Assembly (NCBI GenBank): GCA_050294405.1
Contig: JBNKOC010000027.1
Span: 76,284-140,283 of the forward strand
Source: Fibrobacteria bacterium
GTDB lineage: Bacteria; Fibrobacterota; Fibrobacteria; UBA11236; JADFYW01
DNA length: 64,000 nucleotides
Direction: 5' to 3'
Shown: positions 39,669 to 49,250 of the stretch, one piece after another
Layout of the letters: the number at the start of each line of letters is the position of its first letter
Position numbering within the stretch: position 1 is the stretch's first letter
Translations under genes and position numbers: made by a program
The notes under the pieces: generated by a model
The model's database searches: none
What the model was told of the DNA's origin: nothing
Seen by the model: only the letters and a program-made list of their open reading frames with translations

Positions 39669-41540
39669 ATGCTCCAAGTAAACAATCTTACCAAAGGCTA
39701 TGGCGACCAAATCCTTTTAGACAAGGTAAGCTTTGTAGTTAACCCAGGTGAAAAAATTGGCCTAATTGGTCGAAATGGGCATGGCAAAACAACTCTTTTT
39801 CGCATGCTTATGGGGGAAGAAAAACCCGATGATGGAGAATGGACAGCCCCTAACCGGTACAAAATTGGTGTATTGTCCCAGTACTTTGATTTCAAAGAGC
39901 CCACTGTATTGCAGGAAGCTTGCACCGCATTAGAAGATCACGGTGGATGGAAAGAAGAATACAAAGCTGAAGCCATACTAATGGGACTTGGCTTTTCAGA
40001 AGCCGATTTTCACCGCGCCCCTAAGGAAATGTCGGGCGGCTTTCAAATGCGTCTCAACCTCACTATGTTACTACTTTCCGAACCGAATCTTTTGTTGTTG
40101 GATGAACCCACTAACTACCTGGATATTGTTTCCATCCGCTGGCTGGAACGTTTTCTAAAATCATGGGAAAATGAGTTTATTCTCATTACACACGATAGAA
40201 ATTTTATGGATACCGTATGCACGCATACCATGGGTATTTTAAGAAAGCAGTTGCGGAAAATTCCTGGCCCCACCCGAAAATGGTACAGCCAAACTGCCGA
40301 AGAAGACGAAATTTATGAAAAGACTCGCTTAAACCAAGAAGCCAAGCGCGCTCAAACTGAGCGATTTATCCAACGCTTCAAGGCAAAAGCAAGCAAAGCC
40401 GCCGCCGTCCAGTCAAAAGTAAAGTTATTAGAAAAGCAGGGCATTGCTGAAAAACTGGAAACAGAAAGTGACTTAAGTTTTAAATTTCGTGAAACTGAAT
40501 TTCCTGGCACCCGGTTCCAAACTGTAAAAGGGCTGACATTTGGTTATAGCCCCGATAAGATATTACTAAATGATATTAACATAGATATACATCCGGGAGA
40601 TAGAATTGGAATTATCGGTCCAAACGGAAAAGGCAAATCTACTTTACTTTCCCTTTTAGCAGGAGAATTACAACCATTAGAAGGCTCTATTCAAAACCAT
40701 GATTTGACCCGTATTGGATATTTTGGCCAAACTAATGTGGATAGAATGGATTTTGAAAATATGGTTTACGAGGAAATTGGACGGGAAAATCCAGACTTGG
40801 GTATCGGCGGCTCCAGAAGCATTGCCGGACTCATGATGTTTGAGGGAGATAATGCCAAGAAAAAAATTAAGGTATTGAGCGGCGGGGAAAAAAGCCGGGT
40901 CTTATTGGGAAAAATTTTAGCAAGCCCCGTTGGTTTATTGTTATTGGATGAACCCACTCATCACCTTGATATGCAGTCTGTTGAATCTCTAAAAATCGCT
41001 TTGGAAAAATTTAACGGAGCCGTGGTCATTGTATCTCATGATGAAGAAATTATTGGGGAAATAGCAAACAAACTAATAGTGTATGATGAAGATAAATGTT
41101 TTGTTTTTGATGGAACATACCAGGACTTTTTAGACCGTATTGGATGGTCCTTCGAGCGCAATGAAGGCACAGCCCAGTTAAAAACGAATACAAAAAATAA
41201 TGACAGTAAAAAAGGCGGAAAGAAAAAGAACAAAAAAAATAGATCGTTCAATTCCACGTCTCAATCAGATACTCAGGCAGAACAAGCAGGCATATCAAAA
41301 GAATCCGACGGAACTAGTAAGCTAAGTTTCAAAGAAAAAGAGCTATTAGAAACATTGCCTGAAAAAATTGAAAAGTTAGAAACTCAGCAGGCTGAAATTG
41401 TAGCGAAAATGGCCAATCCCGATATATACCAACAAAATCCGGATGAGGTAAAAAAGCTAAGCGTTCAAAGCGAAGAAATAGCCCGGGAATTGGAAAAATA
41501 TTATGCTAGCTGGCAAGAGCTTGAGGCCCGTAACAAATAG
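39669..41540 (+). CDS. ABC-F family ATPase (Uup/YheS-like) with C-terminal coiled coil
   Basis: Two NBDs (GRNGHGKT, MSGG, LDEPTNYLD; GPNGKGKS, LSGGEKSR, LDEPTHHLD), no TM, KLSFKEKELLE CTD. Confidence 0.93.
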   Translation: MLQVNNLTKGYGDQILLDKVSFVVNPGEKIGLIGRNGHGKTTLFRMLMGEEKPDDGEWTAPNRYKIGVLSQYFDFKEPTVLQEACTALEDHGGWKEEYKAEAILMGLGFSEADFHRAPKEMSGGFQMRLNLTMLLLSEPNLLLLDEPTNYLDIVSIRWLERFLKSWENEFILITHDRNFMDTVCTHTMGILRKQLRKIPGPTRKWYSQTAEEDEIYEKTRLNQEAKRAQTERFIQRFKAKASKAAAVQSKVKLLEKQGIAEKLETESDLSFKFRETEFPGTRFQTVKGLTFGYSPDKILLNDINIDIHPGDRIGIIGPNGKGKSTLLSLLAGELQPLEGSIQNHDLTRIGYFGQTNVDRMDFENMVYEEIGRENPDLGIGGSRSIAGLMMFEGDNAKKKIKVLSGGEKSRVLLGKILASPVGLLLLDEPTHHLDMQSVESLKIALEKFNGAVVIVSHDEEIIGEIANKLIVYDEDKCFVFDGTYQDFLDRIGWSFERNEGTAQLKTNTKNNDSKKGGKKKNKKNRSFNSTSQSDTQAEQAGISKESDGTSKLSFKEKELLETLPEKIEKLETQQAEIVAKMANPDIYQQNPDEVKKLSVQSEEIARELEKYYASWQELEARNK

Positions 41541-41568
41541 CCATAAACATGGCTAATTTTTGAGATCT

Positions 41569-42153
41569 ATGATGAGCGCAAAAGAAATATATAGTATCAC
41601 CGCTATAATTCTTACTTTTGTAGGTTTTTATCCATATATCACATCTATACTTCGCGGAAAAACCAAACCCCATGTTTTTTCCTGGGTAATTTGGGGTGTT
41701 ACCACTACTGTTGTTTATGCCGCCCAAGTGGCGGACCATGGCGGCGTTGGGGCCTGGCCAACCGGCATTTCCGGGCTCATAACATTTTATGTGGCCTGGT
41801 TAGCCTATAAACATAAGTCAGATACCCATATAAGCCGTAGCGATTGGGGCTTTTTTATTACTGCCCTTTTATCCATCCCCCTTTGGTATATTACCTCTTC
41901 CCCGCTTTGGTCGGTAATTATCCTTACCTCCATTGACGGAATCGGCTTTATCCCCACTTATCGAAAAGCATTTATTCTTCCCCACGAAGAACAGATCACA
42001 TTTTATGGATTATTTACATTTCGAAATATATTTTCCATCCTTGCCCTGGAAAATTTTTCAATAACCACTTTGCTTTTTCCTGTGGTAACTGCCATAGGCT
42101 GCATCCCCTTAATGTTTATGATATATTGGCGTAGGAAGTTGGCTGAGATTTAA
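41569..42153 (+). CDS. Hypothetical multi-pass membrane protein
   Basis: About seven hydrophobic segments; PYI..I.RGKTKPHVFSW, IPTYRK motifs. Confidence 0.75.
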   Translation: MMSAKEIYSITAIILTFVGFYPYITSILRGKTKPHVFSWVIWGVTTTVVYAAQVADHGGVGAWPTGISGLITFYVAWLAYKHKSDTHISRSDWGFFITALLSIPLWYITSSPLWSVIILTSIDGIGFIPTYRKAFILPHEEQITFYGLFTFRNIFSILALENFSITTLLFPVVTAIGCIPLMFMIYWRRKLAEI

Positions 42154-42264
42154 AAGTTCGTCCATTCTGAACCATTTTTCCCAAATTGTCAAAATAATTT
42201 TAGTTTTGAATTTTGGTTTTTCGGTTTATATTAAAATAGACTCAATTTTCAGGAAAAACAAAAA

Positions 42265-43023
42265 ATGAATATTCGATGGATCGTACTTAGCCTTCTTGGT
42301 GTTTTTTTGGCAACTGTTTCAGTTAGTGGACAAGATGGTAAAAATTTGGCATATGAAGTATCTGAAGAATTATTACCCCCTGACTCTTTGATTCAGAAAT
42401 TTCAATCCGATATCGCCTTAATAAAAACGGCTTATCCCGAAATAAAAGATATTCACAAGTATTATGACTGGATTCCAGGAACTATTACTATTTGGTTTTC
42501 TGATACAGCTAGCCTTAAATACCAAAACAATCAACTCCCGGAATTTGACAGTTTAAACAATGCCTTAGGTATTGTGGAAATAATAGAATTAAATTCACTC
42601 AAAGAAATCCAGCTAATATTTTCTAAAGAATATAATCCTATATTTTTAATTCCTTTATATAATGATATTTCTGGTGTGCGCCCAAGTTTAGTTGATTCTG
42701 GCTACAATTTCTCAGGAACTAACATTAGCTATAAAAATGAAATTTACACTTTTGAACAAGGCTGGGGAGATTGCCCGGCGGGCTGCATTTATGCACATTT
42801 TTGGGATTTTAAAGTTGAGGGGGGTGCTGTCACCCTCCTGGACTCCTATGGAAGTCCACTTTCCACTTCCCCTTATCCAACTTCAGCAAAGAGCAAGTTA
42901 GTGTCCGGTCCAAATATTACTTCATCTGAGAATAAATGGAGAGTTACCATAAATAAAAGCCATGGAGAAAATTTTAAATCTTTTCTTATAAATGGAGTTC
43001 TTTACCAACAAATAAATCGGTAA
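42265..43023 (+). CDS. Hypothetical secreted protein
   Basis: Signal peptide; GWGDCPAGCI Cys-pair motif; AGGA RBS. Confidence 0.7.
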   Translation: MNIRWIVLSLLGVFLATVSVSGQDGKNLAYEVSEELLPPDSLIQKFQSDIALIKTAYPEIKDIHKYYDWIPGTITIWFSDTASLKYQNNQLPEFDSLNNALGIVEIIELNSLKEIQLIFSKEYNPIFLIPLYNDISGVRPSLVDSGYNFSGTNISYKNEIYTFEQGWGDCPAGCIYAHFWDFKVEGGAVTLLDSYGSPLSTSPYPTSAKSKLVSGPNITSSENKWRVTINKSHGENFKSFLINGVLYQQINR

Positions 43024-43024
43024 A

Positions 43025-43522
43025 ATGAAGGAGGTTCATCGGTTCCATGTATTTAAAGTCTTGCTGTTGGTTTTAATTATATCCACTCAAAGCACTTCCT
43101 CCACCCAAACCTTTAAGTTGGATGGACCTTACTTCTCCTTCGGTTACTCCCTAAATTTTCATATAAATACCCCAATTATAGTATCCAGTGGGCCTGAGAT
43201 TTCCATCGGCCGTTTTATAAATAGCCACAAGTTTATGTCCGCTTTACTTGGCCTGGATTTAACTCATGGAAATCATGATTGGTCTGTAAAATCCAAGCTA
43301 CAATATGGTTACTACGAAATAGGCTGGTCTGCGGGTCCCTTTCTGGCAAGTCACAAGGGAAAAAAGAAATTTGGAGCAGACATTGATTTCTGGTTTGGTA
43401 TGGGGTTATATGGAATGGTAACATATAAATTAAACCCCGCTTACTCTTGGCTCTCAACTTCTGGTAAAATAAAAACCGGTTTTCCCCTCTGCATGTTTTC
43501 TAATTTTTGCACCGCAAATTAG
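43025..43522 (+). CDS. Hypothetical exported, possibly small beta-barrel protein
   Basis: Signal-like N-terminus, Gly/aromatic strands, starts 1 nt after upstream stop. Confidence 0.55.
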   Translation: MKEVHRFHVFKVLLLVLIISTQSTSSTQTFKLDGPYFSFGYSLNFHINTPIIVSSGPEISIGRFINSHKFMSALLGLDLTHGNHDWSVKSKLQYGYYEIGWSAGPFLASHKGKKKFGADIDFWFGMGLYGMVTYKLNPAYSWLSTSGKIKTGFPLCMFSNFCTAN

Positions 43523-43543
43523 TACTCCCATTTTTACAGCTTT

Positions 43544-43566
43544 GGTGGATAAACTCTATTTCCACC
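43544..43566. terminator. Possible terminator hairpin between convergent genes
   Basis: GGTGGA (43544-43549) / TCCACC (43561-43566), followed by TTT. Confidence 0.4.
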
Positions 43567-43567
43567 T

Positions 43568-44788
43568 TTATCTACCAACATCAACAGCGTTGCCAATCAC
43601 TGCAAAATCATTTTTAATGCGAATATTTGTTACAGCTTCTCCCAGTTGTTGCTGCTTGCGTGTCCAGGGAGAGTCGAAAAGGCTAAGTTGGCCTTCATCT
43701 TCACCTCGTTGCGGCACCGCAATAGAAATACGTTTTAGAGCCACACGCCTTGTATACATATTTCCAAAAGCTTCACTTGCCACATTAAGCAAAGTTAAAA
43801 AATCATTGCTGGCTTTTACCAATTTTACACTACGCCGAACTGCTTTGCCATCTCCATAACGAAGCTCCATTTTTAAGCTTTTTGCTAAAATGTTTTGTTG
43901 TTTTAACTCAAAACCAAGCTTATCCACAGTCTGTCGCAATTTCTCTAATAAAAATTTAATGTCATTACTGTCTTTGGGAATACTCACATCAACTTGAATG
44001 GACTTTTTTGACTGGGATTGTGAAACGTCCTTTTCCGATGTATCTGATATACAATGGACCATGGCGTAAAGCTTATTCCCTTCCGGGCCGAAACGCGATA
44101 AAATGTGCTGCCGGCTGAGCTTCTGCACCTGGCCTATGGTTTTAAGACCGAAAAGGTGCAGCCGCTCACGGCATTTTGGGGACAAGCGCGGCAGGAGTGA
44201 TGAGGGCAGGGAAGCGAGGGTAGATTCTTCCTTATCTGCCGCGCAGAGGTTCAACCGTCCCGGCAAGGCCAACCGGGATAAAACTTCAGCCACCAGACGG
44301 GAATGGGAAATACCCACTGCCACATCAAAGAAACTGAGATGTTTTTTTAAGTCCATCTGGAAAAGCCGCCCCATATCTTCCATGTTATGACTTCGAAAAA
44401 GAGGCGTGCCTGTTAAGTTTAAAATAGTGGTGGAATTATAACCGATTTCAAAAGAAGGTGTGTACCATTGGCACAGCAAACTCAGTTCCCCTTCCAGGTT
44501 AGCTTCAGCAGCTTTATCTCTGGCCCAGGGCACAATCAGCGAGCTTTTTCGCCGGGCAATAAAAAGGGGCATTCCCGCTTCAACTCCCATGGCTCGTGCC
44601 AGAGGAGATACGGCTAGAATGCTGGTTTTGTGACTTTCTTCTTCCTGCTCCACTACCACAAAGGGTTCTTTGCGAAGAAGAGGATACATGGACCAAAGGG
44701 CTTGAGCAGAAAATTCCGGAAAACGGAGCACAGCAAACAACTCTTTTTTAACATCAAGCTTTTTAGGCTGCTCGTAAATTGTTAACAT
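43568..44788 (-). CDS. imuB: Catalytically degenerate Y-family polymerase (ImuB-like)
   Basis: Y-family features (AVSPLARAMGVEAGM, GLKTIGQV, RFG.EG, LRYGDG) without the DxD/DE acidic residues; QLSLF beta-clamp motif; overlaps dnaE2 end. Confidence 0.8.
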   Translation of the reverse strand: MLTIYEQPKKLDVKKELFAVLRFPEFSAQALWSMYPLLRKEPFVVVEQEEESHKTSILAVSPLARAMGVEAGMPLFIARRKSSLIVPWARDKAAEANLEGELSLLCQWYTPSFEIGYNSTTILNLTGTPLFRSHNMEDMGRLFQMDLKKHLSFFDVAVGISHSRLVAEVLSRLALPGRLNLCAADKEESTLASLPSSLLPRLSPKCRERLHLFGLKTIGQVQKLSRQHILSRFGPEGNKLYAMVHCISDTSEKDVSQSQSKKSIQVDVSIPKDSNDIKFLLEKLRQTVDKLGFELKQQNILAKSLKMELRYGDGKAVRRSVKLVKASNDFLTLLNVASEAFGNMYTRRVALKRISIAVPQRGEDEGQLSLFDSPWTRKQQQLGEAVTNIRIKNDFAVIGNAVDVGR

Positions 44789-47700
44789 CGCTATACCTTT
44801 CGTATTTTTGAAGTGAGAGAGACAGTTTCTGGGAGGCTAATTCAAAATCCACTAAATTGGGATTAAAAGGAAGCATTCGAACGGAATCGGCTTCCAGTGA
44901 GTAACTCCCCCAATCCTCAGTTACCTTTCCATAGACTTCGAAATATTTAGAGGAGGCCAGAGTATCCTGAAAGCGATCCAACACATCGGGCCAAAAAATA
45001 ACATCCACGTTTTCTGTTTTGTCTTCCAAAGTCAAAAACAGCATATTTTTTTTCGAATGGGTGATTTCATGAAAACGTTCCGTGACTTGTTTTCCAACTA
45101 TTTTAATACGCCTTCCCAGATATTGAGGGATTTGGTTAGCGGGTACCGCTCCTTTGGCTGCAGGATGGAGTTCCAAAACATCCAGCATATTGCCGCTCAA
45201 TATATAGCCCAAAATTCTCTCCTCATTAAGACATTTTTCCATAAGCGTATAATCGCTAAGCCCGGGATGCTCCTCGCCAAAATCAGAAGGAAGCCCGCCT
45301 GTAAAAAAACTTGGTTTTTTTTCATCACTGCCTGGGTGGAGCACTTCTAACTGATACAAAAGTTCGGGTTGGCTAAGTCCAAGCCCGTCAAAGGCTCCCA
45401 CCAAAATGAGACTTTCTGTTTCTTTTTTTCCCAAAGAAGTCCTACTTGCAAAATCCCTCAAAGATCGATATATTCCACTTTCTTTTCTTTCCGCTACAAC
45501 CTGTTCCATGCTGCGGGAAGACAACCCTCGTACATGCATAAAACCTGGCCTTATCCAATCGTCTTTCCCATAATATTTGATATCAGAATGGTTGATGTGA
45601 AGGGCAAGAATATTTAAACCCCAACGCCTGGCTTCATTTATATAAACATCACGGGAATAAAAACCATGGCTGTTAGAAATAACCGCCGACAAAAACTGGG
45701 CCGGATAATGGGCTTTGAGAAAAGCGCAACGAAAACTAAGCTGAGCATAAGAAGCAGAATGTGATTTGCAAAAAGAAAAACCGGTAAACGAAGACACCCG
45801 AGTCCAAAGCTCTACGGCTTGTTCCAAAGAAAGCCCGCTGGTGGTTTGACAACCCTCTATAAATTCCCGGGATGTTTCCTCCCACTCCGTCTCGCTGACT
45901 TTTCCGTCGTGCAGGGAGTTCATCATCTTGCGAATTTTATCAGCTTTTTTGTAGCTAAGCCCCGCCACCATATGGCAGGCTTTCGTCACATCTTCCTGAA
46001 AGGCAAATACATCATGGGTATCCGGCAAAATGGGCTTTAATGAAGGATGTAAATACTCCCAATCCACAATACCCATTTTTTTCTTACGGTGCCGCTCCAC
46101 AAAAGTTTTGGCATATTCCGCCCCCGCAGGACGCACCAGGCTCGATGTAATGGTAATTTCCTCAAAGCTTTGAGCCTGGCACTTTTTATTGAGGCGGGAT
46201 TGGGCCGGGCTTTCAATGTAAAAAATACCCCGAGTCCGTCCCTGTGAAAGCAAGTTTTGGACTTTTTTATCCGTATAACATTTTTCCAAATTCCAAACAC
46301 CGGGATCGGGAAAATGCTGTCGATGTAACTGTTCCAAACTGTCACGTAACACCGACAGCGATCCGTTGCCGAGTAAATCGAATTTGATAAGGCCCAATTC
46401 GTCAATACCGCTATGCATATCTATTTGAGTGATAACCCGGTTTGTTTCTCCGCCGCTTCGCTCCAGTGCCACGTGGCGGCAGATGGGCTGGTTGGTGATC
46501 AAAAGTCCACCGGGATGTTGTCCTAAAAAACGGGGTCTTCCATTAAGTTGGTATGACAAATATTTGAGTTTTTCCAAATCGGCATCTTTTATTTTAAAAT
46601 TAGTGGTTCGTTCCCTGTCCTGAATCAAACTGATTTCTTCGTCGCTATAGCCATGCACTTTAGCTACTTCGCGAAAGGCGGCCCGACCGCGAAAACAGTT
46701 AGTGGTGCAGGTAATGGCCACCCGCTCTTCTCCAAAACGATGCCGGACATAGTCGAGAACTTCTTCCCGCTCATCCCAACCAAAGTCCAAATCGGCATCG
46801 GGAGGGGAAGCCCTGTCTTCGTTTAAGAAGCGCTGGAAATAAAGTTTTTGGCTGATGGGATCCAAACTTCCCACACCCAGATTGTAAAAGCTGATGGAAT
46901 TGGCGGCACTACCCCTTAATATACAACTATCTCCAGAACGACGGTATCCCCCGGAAAAATGTTGGCCGGTCCAGTCCCATACATCTTTAACCATTAAGAA
47001 ATAAGAAGAATACCCCAATTTTTTAATAACATCTAATTCCATTTTCTGGATGTCTCTTGCTTTTTCATATTCAGCACTACTGCCGTAGTTTTTTTCCAGC
47101 CCTTTCAAAGCGAGTTTTTGCAGGTAACTATCCGGTGTAAAGCCCTTGGGAACAGGAATCTCAGGCATAATCCACTTACCAAATTTAAAAGATACATTGC
47201 AGTTATCTGCGATTTTTAAAGTGTTTGAAAGAGCTTCGCAATGGTTTGGAAAAAGGTCGTACATTTTTTCGGCGCTTCGCAAGTGACTTTCTTTGGGAAC
47301 CAAATCCTCTTCCTGCAAAAAAGAAAGGGAGGCGTTTAAATCTATGGCCCGTAAAAGCCTATGTATTTCCCAGTCACTTTGCTCCAGCAAATAAACATCG
47401 TTAGTGACAACCATAGGTAGCATTAATTTGCGGGCCCGCTTTTCCAACTCCCGGCTGCGACAGCGGGTTTTAGGATTATGATTCACAAGCTCAGCATAGA
47501 GATTATGCCGGTTAGGGGTTTTGGCCAATGTTTCCAAGGAAAAGATATCGGATGTAATCCATACTAAATTCGGACGATGTACATTAAAAAATTTGAAAAC
47601 TTCTTTACTCCCATGTAATTGGCGCTGTGAAATAAGCTCGCACAAATCCCCATAACCCTCCAAATTTTTCGCCAGTACCACCGCACTTAAAGAGTTCGCA

Positions 47701-47903
47701 GAAAGCTCCGCCCCCAGGATAGGCTTGATACCCGCGCCGAGGCAGGCCTTATAAAATGAAATAAGCCCGGACATGCGATTGCAATCGGTTAGGGCCAGCG
47801 CCTTAAAACCCAAATTCTTAGCTTTTTCCACTAAATCATCGATTTTAGCCGTTCCGGCCAGGAAACTAAGCTCGCTATGGACATGCAAATGAACAAAACA
47901 CAT
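44763..47903 (-). CDS. dnaE2: Error-prone DNA polymerase III alpha subunit
   Basis: PHP HLHVHSELSF, ALTD; RGSAANS, PDADLDF, HPGG, KFDLLG, FCKSHSASY; OB fold FLTLED; coupled to imuB and an SOS box. Confidence 0.9.
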   Translation of the reverse strand: MCFVHLHVHSELSFLAGTAKIDDLVEKAKNLGFKALALTDCNRMSGLISFYKACLGAGIKPILGAELSANSLSAVVLAKNLEGYGDLCELISQRQLHGSKEVFKFFNVHRPNLVWITSDIFSLETLAKTPNRHNLYAELVNHNPKTRCRSRELEKRARKLMLPMVVTNDVYLLEQSDWEIHRLLRAIDLNASLSFLQEEDLVPKESHLRSAEKMYDLFPNHCEALSNTLKIADNCNVSFKFGKWIMPEIPVPKGFTPDSYLQKLALKGLEKNYGSSAEYEKARDIQKMELDVIKKLGYSSYFLMVKDVWDWTGQHFSGGYRRSGDSCILRGSAANSISFYNLGVGSLDPISQKLYFQRFLNEDRASPPDADLDFGWDEREEVLDYVRHRFGEERVAITCTTNCFRGRAAFREVAKVHGYSDEEISLIQDRERTTNFKIKDADLEKLKYLSYQLNGRPRFLGQHPGGLLITNQPICRHVALERSGGETNRVITQIDMHSGIDELGLIKFDLLGNGSLSVLRDSLEQLHRQHFPDPGVWNLEKCYTDKKVQNLLSQGRTRGIFYIESPAQSRLNKKCQAQSFEEITITSSLVRPAGAEYAKTFVERHRKKKMGIVDWEYLHPSLKPILPDTHDVFAFQEDVTKACHMVAGLSYKKADKIRKMMNSLHDGKVSETEWEETSREFIEGCQTTSGLSLEQAVELWTRVSSFTGFSFCKSHSASYAQLSFRCAFLKAHYPAQFLSAVISNSHGFYSRDVYINEARRWGLNILALHINHSDIKYYGKDDWIRPGFMHVRGLSSRSMEQVVAERKESGIYRSLRDFASRTSLGKKETESLILVGAFDGLGLSQPELLYQLEVLHPGSDEKKPSFFTGGLPSDFGEEHPGLSDYTLMEKCLNEERILGYILSGNMLDVLELHPAAKGAVPANQIPQYLGRRIKIVGKQVTERFHEITHSKKNMLFLTLEDKTENVDVIFWPDVLDRFQDTLASSKYFEVYGKVTEDWGSYSLEADSVRMLPFNPNLVDFELASQKLSLSLQKYERYSDVNNLRAA

Positions 47904-47922
47904 ACTGTACAAATGTGCAGTA
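47903..47922. promoter_or_regulatory. LexA (SOS) box
   Basis: TACTGTACAAATGTGCAGTA: CTG-N10-CAG and TGTAC-N4-GTGCA, directly upstream of the dnaE2 ATG. Confidence 0.8.
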
Positions 47923-47940
47923 TTTTTTTATAATAGTCAA

Positions 47941-48156
47941 GAGAAATCCTGCGGTTACAGGGGCAATTTTTGTCCCCTCAAACCGACCTTTAAATTTGAG
48001 CCAAAAACAAAGGTAGCCTTTGTGCGCAGCACAGGTTGATGTTAAGAGTCATTTTATGGGTTATGTATATGAGATAGGATTCGACTCAGCTTCAGAATAG
48101 AGACAAGATTAAGGCACGGCTAAACCAAGGCTCGCACGCTTGGCGCGCCGTTTTTT
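47941..48156 (+). ncRNA. Candidate small RNA divergent from dnaE2
   Basis: TGTACA-17 bp-TATAAT (47906-47934), hairpins 47952-47985 and 48021-48033, terminator-like 48116-48156, no long ORF. Confidence 0.3.
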
Positions 48157-48184
48157 ATCGGCTAAAGACAAGATATTTAGTGAC

Positions 48185-49111
48185 CTACGCCTCCACTTGC
48201 GCCACAGTCTTTCTAAATTCCCGAGGCGATACGCCTTGTATGCGCTTAAAAACCTTGCTGAATACAAAAGGATCTCCATAGCCCACTCGTTCGGCAATCT
48301 TTTCCATGTTATCGTCAGTAGAACGCAATAAATCCATAGCTCTCTGGATACGCACTCTTGCTAAGTAGTGGGCGGGAGTATCCCCAGCCAGGCGTTTGAA
48401 ACGCTGGGCGAAAGCGGCTCGGGAAAGCCCCGATGTTTTTGCCAGAGTTTCCAAATTCCATTCTTGTTCTGGCCTGGCGTGGATATTTTCAATGGCGCGG
48501 CTAAGAGCTTTATCCTTAAATACCTGGCCCCAATGAGCAACTTCACCCCCTTGTTTGTGAACCTGGCGGGTTAACCAGTCCCTAAGAATATAATGAAACA
48601 TAACATCTACCAGAGCCTTAACTACGGATTCGCTTCCCTGTCCTTCCTGAGAAAGCTCTGCAGACATCAATTGCTGGGTCGCATACAAAGGACTGTGCGC
48701 AGGAATATCTCCAGCGCGAATCACAATCCATTCTGGAAGCTCGTTAAAAAGTGGATGTATGGGAGGAGTCTGGAATTGATATAATCCTGCCACGATAACA
48801 GCCAGGGGAGAAACATCAGATTCTTCCGACACACTGGAGGTTGTAGGGCATTCATCCACAGGTTCAAGGGAAGGGTGGGTAGCAATTACATGTTCAAAAC
48901 CCCGTTTAATTAAAATAACATCTCCCCGTTCGAGCTTTACAGCTTCCTCAAATTTGGGAGCGTTAATGTAAGCACTACCGTGAGTTATAATATGAAAACC
49001 CATGCTGCGCTCACAGGGAAAACGCATGGACCAGGGTTTGTAAAAAGCCCGACGCAAAAGCAGGGATTTTCGAAGGCCAGCCGAGTTTAAAATGTCCGTT
49101 AAAACATCCAT
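48185..49111 (-). CDS. AraC family transcriptional regulator with cupin domain
   Basis: MDVLTDIL, FHIITHG, HPLFNELP; WNLETLAKTSGLSRAAFAQRF, VGYGDPFVFSKVFKR. Confidence 0.93.
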   Translation of the reverse strand: MDVLTDILNSAGLRKSLLLRRAFYKPWSMRFPCERSMGFHIITHGSAYINAPKFEEAVKLERGDVILIKRGFEHVIATHPSLEPVDECPTTSSVSEESDVSPLAVIVAGLYQFQTPPIHPLFNELPEWIVIRAGDIPAHSPLYATQQLMSAELSQEGQGSESVVKALVDVMFHYILRDWLTRQVHKQGGEVAHWGQVFKDKALSRAIENIHARPEQEWNLETLAKTSGLSRAAFAQRFKRLAGDTPAHYLARVRIQRAMDLLRSTDDNMEKIAERVGYGDPFVFSKVFKRIQGVSPREFRKTVAQVEA

Positions 49112-49250
49112 ATTTGAAATATAGCACAAAATGTCAAAAAAAATTATTAAAAATACGAATTGACATAAATTAAAGACTTATACCCATTTTTAATCTCGGA
49201 TAATTTCATAAATTATTCATAGATAAATTTAAACTCATGGAGGAAAAAGC

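Noticed and set aside
43920..43928. Perfect DnaA box TTATCCACA
   Set aside because: Single copy inside the imuB coding sequence; plausible by chance.
44763..47903. Replicative DnaE1
   Set aside because: RGSAANS and HPGG signatures, short C-terminus, ImuB partner and SOS box favour DnaE2.
48070..48095. GGATTCGAC resembling a tRNA T-loop or tmRNA 5' end
   Set aside because: No cloverleaf, acceptor stem or tag reading frame can be built.
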